From a virus (Duplodnaviria; Caudoviricetes), in the IMG/VR virus record IMGVR_UViG_3300049811_000191, positions 1 to 41,809 of that record: a DNA stretch of 41,809 nt; one strand, written 5' to 3'. Both the position numbers and the translations under genes were made by a program. Below, in pieces: positions 24,958 through 34,228 of this stretch. The notes under the pieces were generated by a model. It saw only the letters and a program-made list of their open reading frames with translations. It ran no database searches and had not been told where the DNA came from. Numbering within the stretch: position 1 is the first letter of the stretch; every line of letters starts with the position of its first letter.

Positions 24958-25995
24958 ATGAATTTACAAAAATACATAGACGAAAAATACATTTCAGTAC
25001 AGAAGCATCCTACTGAAGATCTGTACATATATAACTATACGCAAAAAGCACAGTTTGATAAATTGTGGACAGAAGAAACATTATTTTGCCGGGGCCTTAT
25101 TATGGATAGCAATGGAAATGTTGTGGCCCGGCCATTCAGTAAATTCTTTAATTATGGAGAATACGCCGGTGAGATTCCAAATACTGATTTTGAAGTAACT
25201 GAAAAGCTTGATGGATCACTTGGAATAATGTACTGGATAGGTAAAACGCCGTACATTGCAACACGTGGATCATTTACATCAGATCAGGCAATAGAAGCAA
25301 CAAAGATATTGCAGGGTTATAGCGCATACTTTGAAGAGCTATATAGCAAAAGACACCTTACCTATTTATTTGAGATTATTTATCCGGAAAATAGAATTGT
25401 GGTTGATTACCGGGGTAGGCGTGACTTAATACTATTGGCAGTCATAGATACAGCAACCGGGCATGAGCTTGATAGATATGAAGAATGTTATGGTTTTCCT
25501 GTTGTATCAACAAAAAGTGGTGTTAATGACATTTCAAAGCTTAAAGAGCTTGAAGAGGATAATAAGGAAGGATTTGTAATAAGATATGCAAACAATTTGA
25601 GATTAAAGGTTAAATTTGATGAATATGTGAGATTGCATAGGCTGATTACAGAGTGCAGCAGCCTTGTTATATGGGATTTATTAAGAAATAAAAAGCCCTT
25701 GGATGAATTGCTTGATAAAGTGCCGGATGAGTTTTATGGTTGGGTTAGAAGTACGGTACATAGTTTGGAGCTTGATTACAAAATGGTATACCGGATAGCC
25801 AGTATGTATTTAGAAACTGAGAATATTAAAAACATGCCAAGCCGGAAGGATCAAGCAATTAAGATCATGTCAGATCCAAAATACCGGAAATATACCGGGA
25901 TAATGTTCAAGATACTTGATGGCAAGTCATATGAGGATGCTATATGGAAATTAATACGGCCAGTGCATCAATTACCATTTAAAAAGGAAATATGA
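24958..25995 (+). CDS. rnl1: T4 Rnl1-family RNA ligase
   Basis: CRGLI...RPFSKFFNYGE, motif I EKLDGSL, ATRGSF, FEII, EGFVI and KVK. Confidence 0.92.
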   Translation: MNLQKYIDEKYISVQKHPTEDLYIYNYTQKAQFDKLWTEETLFCRGLIMDSNGNVVARPFSKFFNYGEYAGEIPNTDFEVTEKLDGSLGIMYWIGKTPYIATRGSFTSDQAIEATKILQGYSAYFEELYSKRHLTYLFEIIYPENRIVVDYRGRRDLILLAVIDTATGHELDRYEECYGFPVVSTKSGVNDISKLKELEEDNKEGFVIRYANNLRLKVKFDEYVRLHRLITECSSLVIWDLLRNKKPLDELLDKVPDEFYGWVRSTVHSLELDYKMVYRIASMYLETENIKNMPSRKDQAIKIMSDPKYRKYTGIMFKILDGKSYEDAIWKLIRPVHQLPFKKEI

Positions 25996-26840
25996 AAAAA
26001 ATCATAATGACTAAAGGATTGCCGGGATCTGGTAAAACATATTGGGCCAAACAGGCGCAGCGCACAGAGCCTACAACTGTACTTGTTAATAAAGACGATT
26101 TAAGAGATATGCTACATCAGGGCGCATGGTCAAGAGATCGTGAAGCATTTGTGCTTAAAGTGCGTGATTTTATAGTTGTAGAAGCTATTAAGGAAAATAA
26201 ACCGGTTATTGTTCATGATACAAACTTAGCGGCAAAACATGAAACTAGATTGCGGCAGTTGGCAAAAGAAAACGGCGCAGAGTTTGAAATTAAAGATTTT
26301 ACGTGGGTATTAGTTGATGATTGTATAAGGCAAGATTTAATGCGTGAAAGATCAGTTGGTGAGAAAGTGATCCGCAAGATGTTTAATCAGTTTTTAAAGC
26401 CAAAAATTAAAGTACAAGGTTATGATGCATCTTTGCCATATTGTGTTATATGTGATCTTGATGGAACACTAGCTTTATTTGGTGATGCAAACCCTTATGA
26501 TCGTGATTTTATGCAAGATCAAATAAATCCGGTCATTAAAAGAATAATAGATGATGTAACTGAAGATTTGGGTAAGCTCATTATTGTTTCCGGCAGAACG
26601 GATAAATTTGCATTTGATACTGGTAAATGGTTGGAAGAAAACAAGATTAACTTTACTTCTTTATACATGAGAAAAGAAGGAGATGTGCGGAAGGATCGCA
26701 TTGTTAAGGAAGAGATTTATAAAGAGCATATTCAAGGCAAATACAATGTGCTATTTGTGCTTGATGATCGCAATCAAGTTGTGGATATGTGGAGATCAAT
26801 GGGCCTTATTTGTTTACAAGTTGCGGATGGAGATTTTTAA
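25992..26840 (+). CDS. pseT: Polynucleotide 5'-kinase/3'-phosphatase (T4 PseT/Pnkp-like)
   Basis: P-loop GLPGSGKT, HAD motif DLDGTL, SGR and LDDR. Confidence 0.93.
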   Translation: MKKIIMTKGLPGSGKTYWAKQAQRTEPTTVLVNKDDLRDMLHQGAWSRDREAFVLKVRDFIVVEAIKENKPVIVHDTNLAAKHETRLRQLAKENGAEFEIKDFTWVLVDDCIRQDLMRERSVGEKVIRKMFNQFLKPKIKVQGYDASLPYCVICDLDGTLALFGDANPYDRDFMQDQINPVIKRIIDDVTEDLGKLIIVSGRTDKFAFDTGKWLEENKINFTSLYMRKEGDVRKDRIVKEEIYKEHIQGKYNVLFVLDDRNQVVDMWRSMGLICLQVADGDF

Positions 26841-27811
26841 TGGACATACTATTTAAATGCCAGTTTGGATCACATCTTTACGGCACAGATACACCAGAAT
26901 CAGATTTGGATTTTAAAGGAATCTACAAAGCAGATATTAGGGATATATTGCTTAATAGATGTGAGGATACAATTATTCAAGATATAAAGGTATCTAAAAC
27001 AGTTAAAAATACCAGTGAGGATCAGGATTGTGAATTTAAGGAATTAAGGTACTTTTTAAAGGAAGCTTCAGAAGGGCAAACATATGCGCTTGATATGCTT
27101 TTTTCACCTTATTCAATAATCACATCTTCCGCATGGGCGGAAATACAAGCTAATAGGCTCAAGCTTATAAGTAAAAAGTGTAAGCCAATCTTAGGATATA
27201 TCCATCAACAGTGTGCAAAATACGCTGTCAAAGGAAGTAGATTAGATGCTTTGGAAGAGGTTATGAAATGGGCCAAATCATTTGATCAGGAAACCAAAAT
27301 AGCTGATATTGTAGATTCCTTTCCGGAAAGATCGCAAGTGGTAGATAGTGAGATAATTTATCATACGAAAAGATTAAACATAATAGAAGGAAAACGAAAT
27401 GGAAAGATCTTTGAAGATAAAACGATTTCAGTACTTGGCGCATCGTTTCAATACGGAACCAGACTAAAATACATAACTAGCGTACTTGAAAAACAACATA
27501 CAAAGTATGGACAAAGAGCAATATTAGCTCAAAAGAACGAAGGAGTTGATTGGAAAGCAGTATCACATGCCGTAAGACTAATATTACAAACTAATGAGCT
27601 TGCTGAAACCGGAAACATAACATTTCCGCTTATTGAGAAAGATTTTGTGATGAAGATTAAGATGGGGCTGGTTGATTGGAATGAAGTAAATGATTGGATA
27701 TATACGCATATAGATCAAGTATTTACAAAAATTAAACATTCAGCTTATTTGTGTGAAGAACCGGATTATGAGTGGATAGAACAGTTTGTTATCAGGACTT
27801 ATTTAAAGTAA
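26840..27811 (+). CDS. Pol-beta-family nucleotidyltransferase (RlaP/PF10127-like)
   Basis: FGSHLYGTDTPESDLDFKGIY and DWKAVSHAVRL. TAATG coupling to the upstream gene. Confidence 0.85.
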   Translation: MDILFKCQFGSHLYGTDTPESDLDFKGIYKADIRDILLNRCEDTIIQDIKVSKTVKNTSEDQDCEFKELRYFLKEASEGQTYALDMLFSPYSIITSSAWAEIQANRLKLISKKCKPILGYIHQQCAKYAVKGSRLDALEEVMKWAKSFDQETKIADIVDSFPERSQVVDSEIIYHTKRLNIIEGKRNGKIFEDKTISVLGASFQYGTRLKYITSVLEKQHTKYGQRAILAQKNEGVDWKAVSHAVRLILQTNELAETGNITFPLIEKDFVMKIKMGLVDWNEVNDWIYTHIDQVFTKIKHSAYLCEEPDYEWIEQFVIRTYLK

Positions 27812-27843
27812 TTTATTTAATTAATATTTATAAATATCAGTAT

Positions 27844-28011
27844 ATGGATTCACATAAAGCAGTATCAGCAGCCGGCGGTAAATCAACGCTTAAAAAGTAC
27901 GGCAAAAAACATTATTCAGAGATGGGTAAAAAGGGGGCCAAGACAAAATTAAAAAAGTACGGCAAGGATTATTTTAAGAAAATTAGAAAGCTTGTTGGGA
28001 AGCGTAAATAA
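27844..28011 (+). CDS. Small basic KGG-repeat-like protein
   Basis: Tandem LKKYGK..Y repeats, AAGGKST and EMGKKG. Confidence 0.65.
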   Translation: MDSHKAVSAAGGKSTLKKYGKKHYSEMGKKGAKTKLKKYGKDYFKKIRKLVGKRK

Positions 28012-28016
28012 TGCTA

Positions 28017-28046
28017 TTGACAAACAAGCGGTAGTTTGATTATAAT
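28017..28046 (+). promoter_or_regulatory. Consensus sigma70 promoter with a 14-bp shared box
   Basis: TTGACA-18 bp-TATAAT, with AGCGGTAGTTTGAT at 28027-28040. Confidence 0.85.
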
Positions 28047-28086
28047 GAATTTGGTTATTCATTAATTATTAATTAATTTTACTTGT

Positions 28087-28797
28087 ATGCAGATTACAAA
28101 AGATTCTTGGGAAACACAGGCACTTGCGGCAGTGTCAAGAAATCCGGTGTTGGCAAAGCTTTTTATGGAGAATGCCAATGTTGGATCAGAAAACCTTTCA
28201 GCCGGCTTACCATTACTTAAAGTTCATTCAACCGGAAGAAGCCAAAAAAACGAGCTTGCAGATGGTGAAGAGCCTAATGATGGCTACTTTTATTACAAGC
28301 CAACTAAAGAGCAGTTTAAAGAGCTTAATTGTCACATTTTGACAATATCAAAAGGATTCCGGGCTGATGGATATGAAGATAAGAAGGATGTGTTCAATCA
28401 AATTGCCGCCGGCGTAATAATTGGTGATGAAGGTGAATTTTTACCTTTCATGATGTACTTTACCGGAATTAAATTACAGAATTTATGGCAGTTTGGTAAG
28501 GATGCATCACTTTATACAAAAGCAAAGCCAATGCCAATCCCGCTTTTTGCTTTGCGTATAAAAATGAGTACTGAGAAAATTAAACATACTCACGGAATGG
28601 GATGGGTTGTTAAGTTTGAAATCTTAAAAGATGAAAGCGGTTTTCCGCTTGTAATATCAGATGAAAAGCTATTTATTCAACTCAGGGATAATGTAGCAAA
28701 GCTTGAAGCAAATATAGCAAGCCTTATTGAAGCAAAGGTGACTGAAGATGCAGCGCCAAGCGCTCCAATTCCAGATGATGCTGATTTTGCGCTTTAA
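28087..28797 (+). CDS. Putative single-stranded DNA-binding protein
   Basis: Beta-rich core, acidic-aromatic tail PIPDDADFAL, strong promoter, near rusA. Confidence 0.55.
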   Translation: MQITKDSWETQALAAVSRNPVLAKLFMENANVGSENLSAGLPLLKVHSTGRSQKNELADGEEPNDGYFYYKPTKEQFKELNCHILTISKGFRADGYEDKKDVFNQIAAGVIIGDEGEFLPFMMYFTGIKLQNLWQFGKDASLYTKAKPMPIPLFALRIKMSTEKIKHTHGMGWVVKFEILKDESGFPLVISDEKLFIQLRDNVAKLEANIASLIEAKVTEDAAPSAPIPDDADFAL

Positions 28798-28839
28798 TGA
28801 TTAGGTCTTGTGCCTTACGGCACAGGCCCTAGCAATTAA
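28794..28839 (+). terminator. Long stem-loop after the SSB-like gene, no U-tract
   Basis: TAGGTCTTGTGCC-TTAC-GGCACAGGCCCTA, extended by TTAAT...ATTAA. Confidence 0.55.
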
Positions 28840-28867
28840 AACCGATTTTTAGTAATTTTATCTATCC

Positions 28868-29083
28868 ATGATTCAATTTACATATGATACGGTTAGAGAA
28901 GATAACAAGATTGTGGTATATGAAACAGGAGAAGGAATACCGAGAAACGGTAATTTCCAAAACAGATATGAATTTAAAACTTTATTGCAAGCTAGACAGA
29001 AAATAAAAGAATGGACACAAGTAGCAAAAGATAAATTTGGTAAAAAGGTAATAATAACTTGGGTAGAATCACCACAATTATGA
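28868..29083 (+). CDS. Hypothetical protein
   Basis: 71 aa, ATGA-coupled to the next gene. Confidence 0.7.
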   Translation: MIQFTYDTVREDNKIVVYETGEGIPRNGNFQNRYEFKTLLQARQKIKEWTQVAKDKFGKKVIITWVESPQL

Positions 29084-29445
29084 AAAAGATAATTTTTGAA
29101 ATAGATCCGATGGGTAAACCAAGAATGGTTAGATCCGATGTTTGGGCTGGAAGAAAATGTGTTGATGATTATTGGGTATTTAAAAAGCGGCTTATTTTTA
29201 TGGCAAATCAGAAAAAGTATGTAGTGGGTGATACTTTGGACATTAAGTTTTTTGTTAAGATGCCGGAATCATGGAGCCTTACTAAAAAAAAGAATAATGA
29301 AAATAGACCACACAAAGCAAAGCCGGATACAGACAACATGGTGAAAGCTTTTCTTGATTCTTTGTGTAAAAATGATAGTAATGTTTGGAAAATTGCTGCT
29401 TCTAAATATTGGGCCAGAAAGGGCCAAATACACGTAATGATATAG
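29080..29445 (+). CDS. rusA: RusA-family Holliday junction resolvase
   Basis: PMGKPR...MPESWS...KPDTDNMVKAFLDSL..ND...KYW. Confidence 0.9.
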   Translation: MKKIIFEIDPMGKPRMVRSDVWAGRKCVDDYWVFKKRLIFMANQKKYVVGDTLDIKFFVKMPESWSLTKKKNNENRPHKAKPDTDNMVKAFLDSLCKNDSNVWKIAASKYWARKGQIHVMI

Positions 29446-29508
29446 TTTGATATACCCTTATTTTGACATTTAAGGGCCTTCTAAAATCTGCATAGTGGGT
29501 ACTATCCT
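29436..29508. repeat. Dispersed intergenic repeat, copy 2
   Basis: Matches 4474-4546. Confidence 0.9.
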
Positions 29509-29531
29509 AAAATGTGAATCGTACTATAACA

Positions 29532-29560
29532 TTGTAAGACAAATGTAAACATGCTAATAT
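29532..29560 (+). promoter_or_regulatory. Putative extended -10 promoter
   Basis: TTGTAA-17 bp-TAATAT with TGn. ATG at 29570. Confidence 0.55.
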
Positions 29561-29569
29561 GTAGAGCTA

Positions 29570-29806
29570 ATGATAAGTGACTTAAATAAACTCCAAACTA
29601 AGATCATGATATTTGTCAAATGGTGGTGTAACGAAAAAAAGACTGTAGTACCTCAGAAATCAATCATAATAGCAATGCAGTCTGAAGGAGTAAAAAGCTA
29701 CACGGCCCTAAATGCCATAAACTCACTGATTACAAAAGGATTTATTAGGAAAGCTTATACAGAACATGCCAATAGAACATTCTATGTGATGATTCGTAAC
29801 ATTTAA
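29570..29806 (+). CDS. Winged helix-turn-helix protein
   Basis: LNKLQTKIMIFV...PQKSI...TALNAINSLITKGFIRK. Confidence 0.7.
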   Translation: MISDLNKLQTKIMIFVKWWCNEKKTVVPQKSIIIAMQSEGVKSYTALNAINSLITKGFIRKAYTEHANRTFYVMIRNI

Positions 29807-29821
29807 TATTTACCTAACCTT

Positions 29822-30322
29822 ATGAAAAAGCCGGTAAAGAAAAAAAAGCTTGTTGTTAATAAACGCAAAGTTACAAGTAACAAACAAAAAGCAAAAATAA
29901 AACTACATTTTAAAAATGATAATGTTCCTACTAAGAAAAAGAAGATAGAGCCGCCAAAAATGGGTAGACCTACAAAATATGATCCTTCATTTGTTGCTAA
30001 AGTTGATGAATATTTACTGCAATGTGGAAGAGAACAAACGATGCTTCCAACTCTTGAACAATTTACTATATTTTTAAATATAAGCATGGATGCGCTTGAA
30101 GATTACCGGGAAAAATATGCAGACTTTAGCGGAGCTTTGGAAAAAATAATGAAATGTCAAAAAATTCAGCTCATAAATGATGGTATTTACGGCGGTAAAG
30201 AAGTTAATTCAACTATAGTTAAACTGCTACTTCAAAATAATCATGGAATGCGAGAAAAAGTAGACACCACAACAGATGGTAAGCCATTGCCTATTCAGGT
30301 AGTTTCATATAAGGATTTATGA
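29822..30322 (+). CDS. terS: Terminase small subunit
   Basis: MGRPTKY...PTLEQF...L.NNHGMREK..TTDGKPL, directly upstream of TerL. Confidence 0.85.
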   Translation: MKKPVKKKKLVVNKRKVTSNKQKAKIKLHFKNDNVPTKKKKIEPPKMGRPTKYDPSFVAKVDEYLLQCGREQTMLPTLEQFTIFLNISMDALEDYREKYADFSGALEKIMKCQKIQLINDGIYGGKEVNSTIVKLLLQNNHGMREKVDTTTDGKPLPIQVVSYKDL

Positions 30323-31677
30323 AGCAAATTATTCCATATAACTTTCATGCCCGGCCATATCAGATTCCTTTTTTGCGGCAAATTGAAGCTTCTATAAATG
30401 GAGAAAGCGATATTAAGTACTTCATGCAGGTTTGGCACAGACGATCAGGAAAGGATAAAACTAATGTTGCTGATGTTGTACCAAGGCGGCTTATCAAAGA
30501 TCCATGTTTGGTTAAATATGTATATCCAACTCTTGTAATGGGCCGGGAAAATCTTTGGAATGGTATAGGCAGTGATGGATTTAGATATTTGGATCATATT
30601 CCGGAGTTTATCAGATCCGGCAATCCAAACGAAACAAGAATGACGGCAAGTATCAAAAATGGCTCACTGTTTCAGGTGTCCGGATCTGATAAGCCGGATT
30701 CATTAAGAGGTGGTAATGCAAAGCTATATATCTTTTCTGAGTGGTCAGAACAAGATCCTTATGCGTGGGATGTGGCAGAGCCAATATTACGTGAAAATGG
30801 CGGCATAGCGGTATTCAACATGACACCTAAAGGAGATAACCATGCAAGAGCGCTTTATGAGTATGCTAAAAACAATCCAAAATGGTATGTACAGCTACTT
30901 ACGGCTTATGATACTAAGATTTGGACAAATGAAGAGATAGAAAGCATAAGAACCGATATTATCTTGCGCTTTTCAGCGCTTGGAAGATCTGAGGCTGAAG
31001 CTATAGCGTATTTTGAACAGGAATATCTGTGCAGCTTTAAATCAGCAGTCATAGGCTCATATTACGGCGCTGCAATTCAAAAAGCAGAGCAAGATGGCCG
31101 GATAGGGATGGTTCCTTACATGCAGGGTTATCCGGTCAACACTTTTTGGGATCTTGGCATGGATGATTCTATGACTATTTGGTTTGAACAAGATATTGGG
31201 TTTGGATTCAATTTCATTGATTATTACGAAAATTCCGGTGAAGGTTTGGCTCATTATGCCAAAATTTTACAAGACAAAGGCTATTTATACGGCAAACATA
31301 CAGCGCCGCATGATATTGCAGTACGTGAGCTTGGCACAGGAAAATCACGGCTTGAAGCGGCAAAGTCATACGGCATAAAGTTTGAGATTGCGCCAATGCT
31401 TGATGTTCAAGATGGCATAGATGCAACAAGAGCCGTATTATCCCGGTGCTATTTTGATGCTAATAAGTGTCATAGGGGCATTAATTGTCTTAAAAACTAT
31501 AAAAAAGATTGGGATGAAAAGAATCAGGTATTCCGCAACAATCCTAAGCATGATTGGGCTTCTCATGGTTCAGATGCTATGCGTGTATTTTCAACTGGAC
31601 ATAAGAAAGTACCACAAAGACAAAAAGTTACTGGATTTGGTGGCGTGAAGCCAATGATGCCGGGAACACTTGCATAG
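30319..31677 (+). CDS. terL: Terminase large subunit
   Basis: RPYQ, WHRRSGKD, LRGGN...FSE, TPKG, WDLGMDD and HDWASHGSDAMR. Confidence 0.95.
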   Translation: MKQIIPYNFHARPYQIPFLRQIEASINGESDIKYFMQVWHRRSGKDKTNVADVVPRRLIKDPCLVKYVYPTLVMGRENLWNGIGSDGFRYLDHIPEFIRSGNPNETRMTASIKNGSLFQVSGSDKPDSLRGGNAKLYIFSEWSEQDPYAWDVAEPILRENGGIAVFNMTPKGDNHARALYEYAKNNPKWYVQLLTAYDTKIWTNEEIESIRTDIILRFSALGRSEAEAIAYFEQEYLCSFKSAVIGSYYGAAIQKAEQDGRIGMVPYMQGYPVNTFWDLGMDDSMTIWFEQDIGFGFNFIDYYENSGEGLAHYAKILQDKGYLYGKHTAPHDIAVRELGTGKSRLEAAKSYGIKFEIAPMLDVQDGIDATRAVLSRCYFDANKCHRGINCLKNYKKDWDEKNQVFRNNPKHDWASHGSDAMRVFSTGHKKVPQRQKVTGFGGVKPMMPGTLA

Positions 31678-31699
31678 ATATAGTTTTGTAGTTTATTCT
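31670..31699 (+). promoter_or_regulatory. Putative late promoter (ATAG class), leaderless
   Basis: TTGCAT-AGAT-ATAG..., 18-bp spacer, TATTCT. ATG at 31707. Confidence 0.7.
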
Positions 31700-31706
31700 T
31701 ATCAAC

Positions 31707-33461
31707 ATGGAAAACATAAATGTTATTGGCCCGGAATTGCAACAACTCATTAATAATGAAGAATCCGGCTACAAATACCGTGAAAGAAGGCATGATTCAT
31801 GGCGAGAAATCTATCATCTCTACAGAGATACAGTACAGGTAAACAGACTTCTACAAAGACAATCTGTACATATGCCGCTAATGAAGCAAACAATAAAAAC
31901 GCTACTTAAAGATATTGATGATATGCCGGTTATTGAGTTTAAAAACCTAGATAATAATGATACGGCAGAGATCTTTTTCAATGAGTACTGGAAGTACACC
32001 ATAGGAGATCACTGCAACAAGATGGAGATTAAAGATGTGGTAGATAAAAAGCAGGTAATGATGTTTGGCCGGTCATTTGATCAGATGCAAATTGCAGATG
32101 GCAAGATCTTTATGGGTATAGTTGATCCAATGGATATATTGGTAGACAGGTATACAGATCCAACAAACATTGATACAACAAGATTTTTAATCCATAACAA
32201 TATATTCAAAACGCTTGCACAACTTGAAGCAAATCCGGATTACGATCAGGAAGAAATAAAGAAATTGCGTAATTATTATCAGACACAAGAAGGATTAGTT
32301 AAGTTGCAGCAGAATGTAGAACAGCTTACGGAGAAAAATAGAAGGCTTGCAGAGATGGGTGATACTCAGGTTGAAGATCCCATTCTTGGTGAAACGTATG
32401 TACAGCTTGCTATGCATTTTGTGTATGATAAAAAAGAAGGTGATGAAGAAGAGCAATACTATCTTAAAGTAGTAGCTGATAATTATGTAGTGCTTCTTAA
32501 TAAGCCGCTTGAAAAAATTATTGGTGTGACAAAAGATCACTATTGGAGAAATCATTTGCCATATAACACATGGGCTGAGGATCTTGATATGCAAGACTTT
32601 TGGGTAGATGGTGTGGGTGACACAGTAAAAACGCCAAATAAGGTTCTTGATGTGTGGCTATCACAGCTTGTGGAGCATAGAACACTAAGAAGTTTTGGAA
32701 TGCATTACTACAACTCAGATGTTGAAGGATTTGTACCACAAACATACGTGCCGCAAGCGTGGGGTTGGTATCCGGTTCCGGGTAATCCAAATGAGCTTAT
32801 TCAAAAAGTAGATATTCCGGATCTTTCAGAATCACTTGATGAAATGCAGTATGTAACAACATTTGTTGAGAAGGCTACAGGCGCAACAGCTACACAGCAG
32901 GGAGCCGCAAGTGAAAGATCAATTACACTTGGTGAGGTTCAATTGGCGCTTGGAGAGGCAAAAGAACGTGTAAAGGGAATGAGTAAATTCTATACGCAAG
33001 TCTGGAAAGAAAGAGCATTTAAATTTATGAAGCTTGTTGAAGCTGGATATGATAGGCTTGATATTGTTACACTTGAGAAAAAAGGTAGAAATACTGATAA
33101 GGTATATAAGCGTGATGTATCACCTAAAGAATATGTAACACAATCCGGCCATTCTGTACGTATTTGGAGCCAAGACGAGAAAAACGAGCAGAACACACAG
33201 AAGCTTGAAAAGATCATGGCCGTGTCACAAAAGATGCCAAACAATATGAAACTTCAGGAGATTATGAAGCGCAGATTGCTTGAATTTGCTGATTTACAAC
33301 CGGATGAAATTAATGAAGTTATGGAGTATGAGATGCAGATGCAAGGGGCTATGGGAATGGGGGCATTGCCGCCGGGAATGCCGGGTGCAGCTATGCCACA
33401 ACCGGGAATGCCGGGCCAAATGATGCAAGGTCAGCAAAATTTACCAGTTGCTACAGCTTAA
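31707..33461 (+). CDS. Portal protein (P22-like)
   Basis: 584 aa after TerL, VDPMDILVD, EKATGATATQQG...TLGEVQL, and an M/G/P/Q-rich tail. Confidence 0.85.
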   Translation: MENINVIGPELQQLINNEESGYKYRERRHDSWREIYHLYRDTVQVNRLLQRQSVHMPLMKQTIKTLLKDIDDMPVIEFKNLDNNDTAEIFFNEYWKYTIGDHCNKMEIKDVVDKKQVMMFGRSFDQMQIADGKIFMGIVDPMDILVDRYTDPTNIDTTRFLIHNNIFKTLAQLEANPDYDQEEIKKLRNYYQTQEGLVKLQQNVEQLTEKNRRLAEMGDTQVEDPILGETYVQLAMHFVYDKKEGDEEEQYYLKVVADNYVVLLNKPLEKIIGVTKDHYWRNHLPYNTWAEDLDMQDFWVDGVGDTVKTPNKVLDVWLSQLVEHRTLRSFGMHYYNSDVEGFVPQTYVPQAWGWYPVPGNPNELIQKVDIPDLSESLDEMQYVTTFVEKATGATATQQGAASERSITLGEVQLALGEAKERVKGMSKFYTQVWKERAFKFMKLVEAGYDRLDIVTLEKKGRNTDKVYKRDVSPKEYVTQSGHSVRIWSQDEKNEQNTQKLEKIMAVSQKMPNNMKLQEIMKRRLLEFADLQPDEINEVMEYEMQMQGAMGMGALPPGMPGAAMPQPGMPGQMMQGQQNLPVATA

Positions 33462-33462
33462 T

Positions 33463-33780
33463 ATGATGGATGAAATACTGTCCAAATTTGGACTTAAATA
33501 CACAGATCTTCTTCCGGAAGAAAAACAAGTACTGAGTAAATGGCTTGATGATTTAAAAACTAATGAGGTCACAATTGAGAAAATTAAAGCATATTTTAAT
33601 GAGATGCGCCGGGCTGTTGAAGATGAGATTACAAAATATGATCTTACATCCAAGCATATTCTATTTTTACAAGCACGGCTTAAAAACTACATGCTTTTTG
33701 TAGACTTTCTATCATCATATGATAAGGCAAAAGCGGCGCTTGAAATTCGGCTTAAAGCAATTAAAAAACAAGGCATTTGA
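33463..33780 (+). CDS. Hypothetical head-module protein
   Basis: Helical ORF 1 nt after the portal stop. Confidence 0.7.
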   Translation: MMDEILSKFGLKYTDLLPEEKQVLSKWLDDLKTNEVTIEKIKAYFNEMRRAVEDEITKYDLTSKHILFLQARLKNYMLFVDFLSSYDKAKAALEIRLKAIKKQGI

Positions 33781-33806
33781 CAAAGTGATATAGTTTGTAT
33801 TATTAT
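33777..33806 (+). promoter_or_regulatory. Sigma70-type promoter, leaderless
   Basis: TTGACA-18 bp-TATTAT with ATG at 33814. The spacer contains TGATATAGTTTG. Confidence 0.75.
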
Positions 33807-33813
33807 TAAGCTC

Positions 33814-34179
33814 ATGAATAAAGAAGCACAATTAATCTTAAACGCAATTGTTAAAAAGGAAATTGCTGCACTCACTCCTTCAGATATTGGATTTCTTAAT
33901 GCTAGAGCTACATATCTTAATGAAGAGCAACTACATAAATTCGGCCCGGTTCTTACATTTGTACAAGGCAGATCAGATAATGAAGAATACGGCTTTGAAC
34001 AAAAAGAACAGGATAAAGAGATGATTCAGGAAATAGATCTTAAATTGGCACAGAAAAATAAACTTTCAGGGATGAAGTATAACGATTTACTAAATCTTGC
34101 CAAAGAGGTTGGTTTTATCCAAAAAAAGGGAAAGCCAAAGCGTGAAGATTTGGAATTATACGTAAGTCAGAATACTTGA
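33814..34179 (+). CDS. Hypothetical protein with a C-terminal Rho-N/HeH-like motif
   Basis: LSGMKYNDLLNLAKEVG...KREDL. Confidence 0.6.
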   Translation: MNKEAQLILNAIVKKEIAALTPSDIGFLNARATYLNEEQLHKFGPVLTFVQGRSDNEEYGFEQKEQDKEMIQEIDLKLAQKNKLSGMKYNDLLNLAKEVGFIQKKGKPKREDLELYVSQNT

Positions 34180-34196
34180 TCTTTATTTACAATTTG

Positions 34197-34220
34197 CCTA
34201 ACCCTTTTAAAAGGACTGGA
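34197..34220 (+). promoter_or_regulatory. 5'-UTR hairpin motif upstream of scaffold
   Basis: CCTAAC-CCTTTTAAAAGG-ACTGGA, same framework as 35144-35166. Confidence 0.55.
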
Positions 34221-34228
34221 TTAAATCT

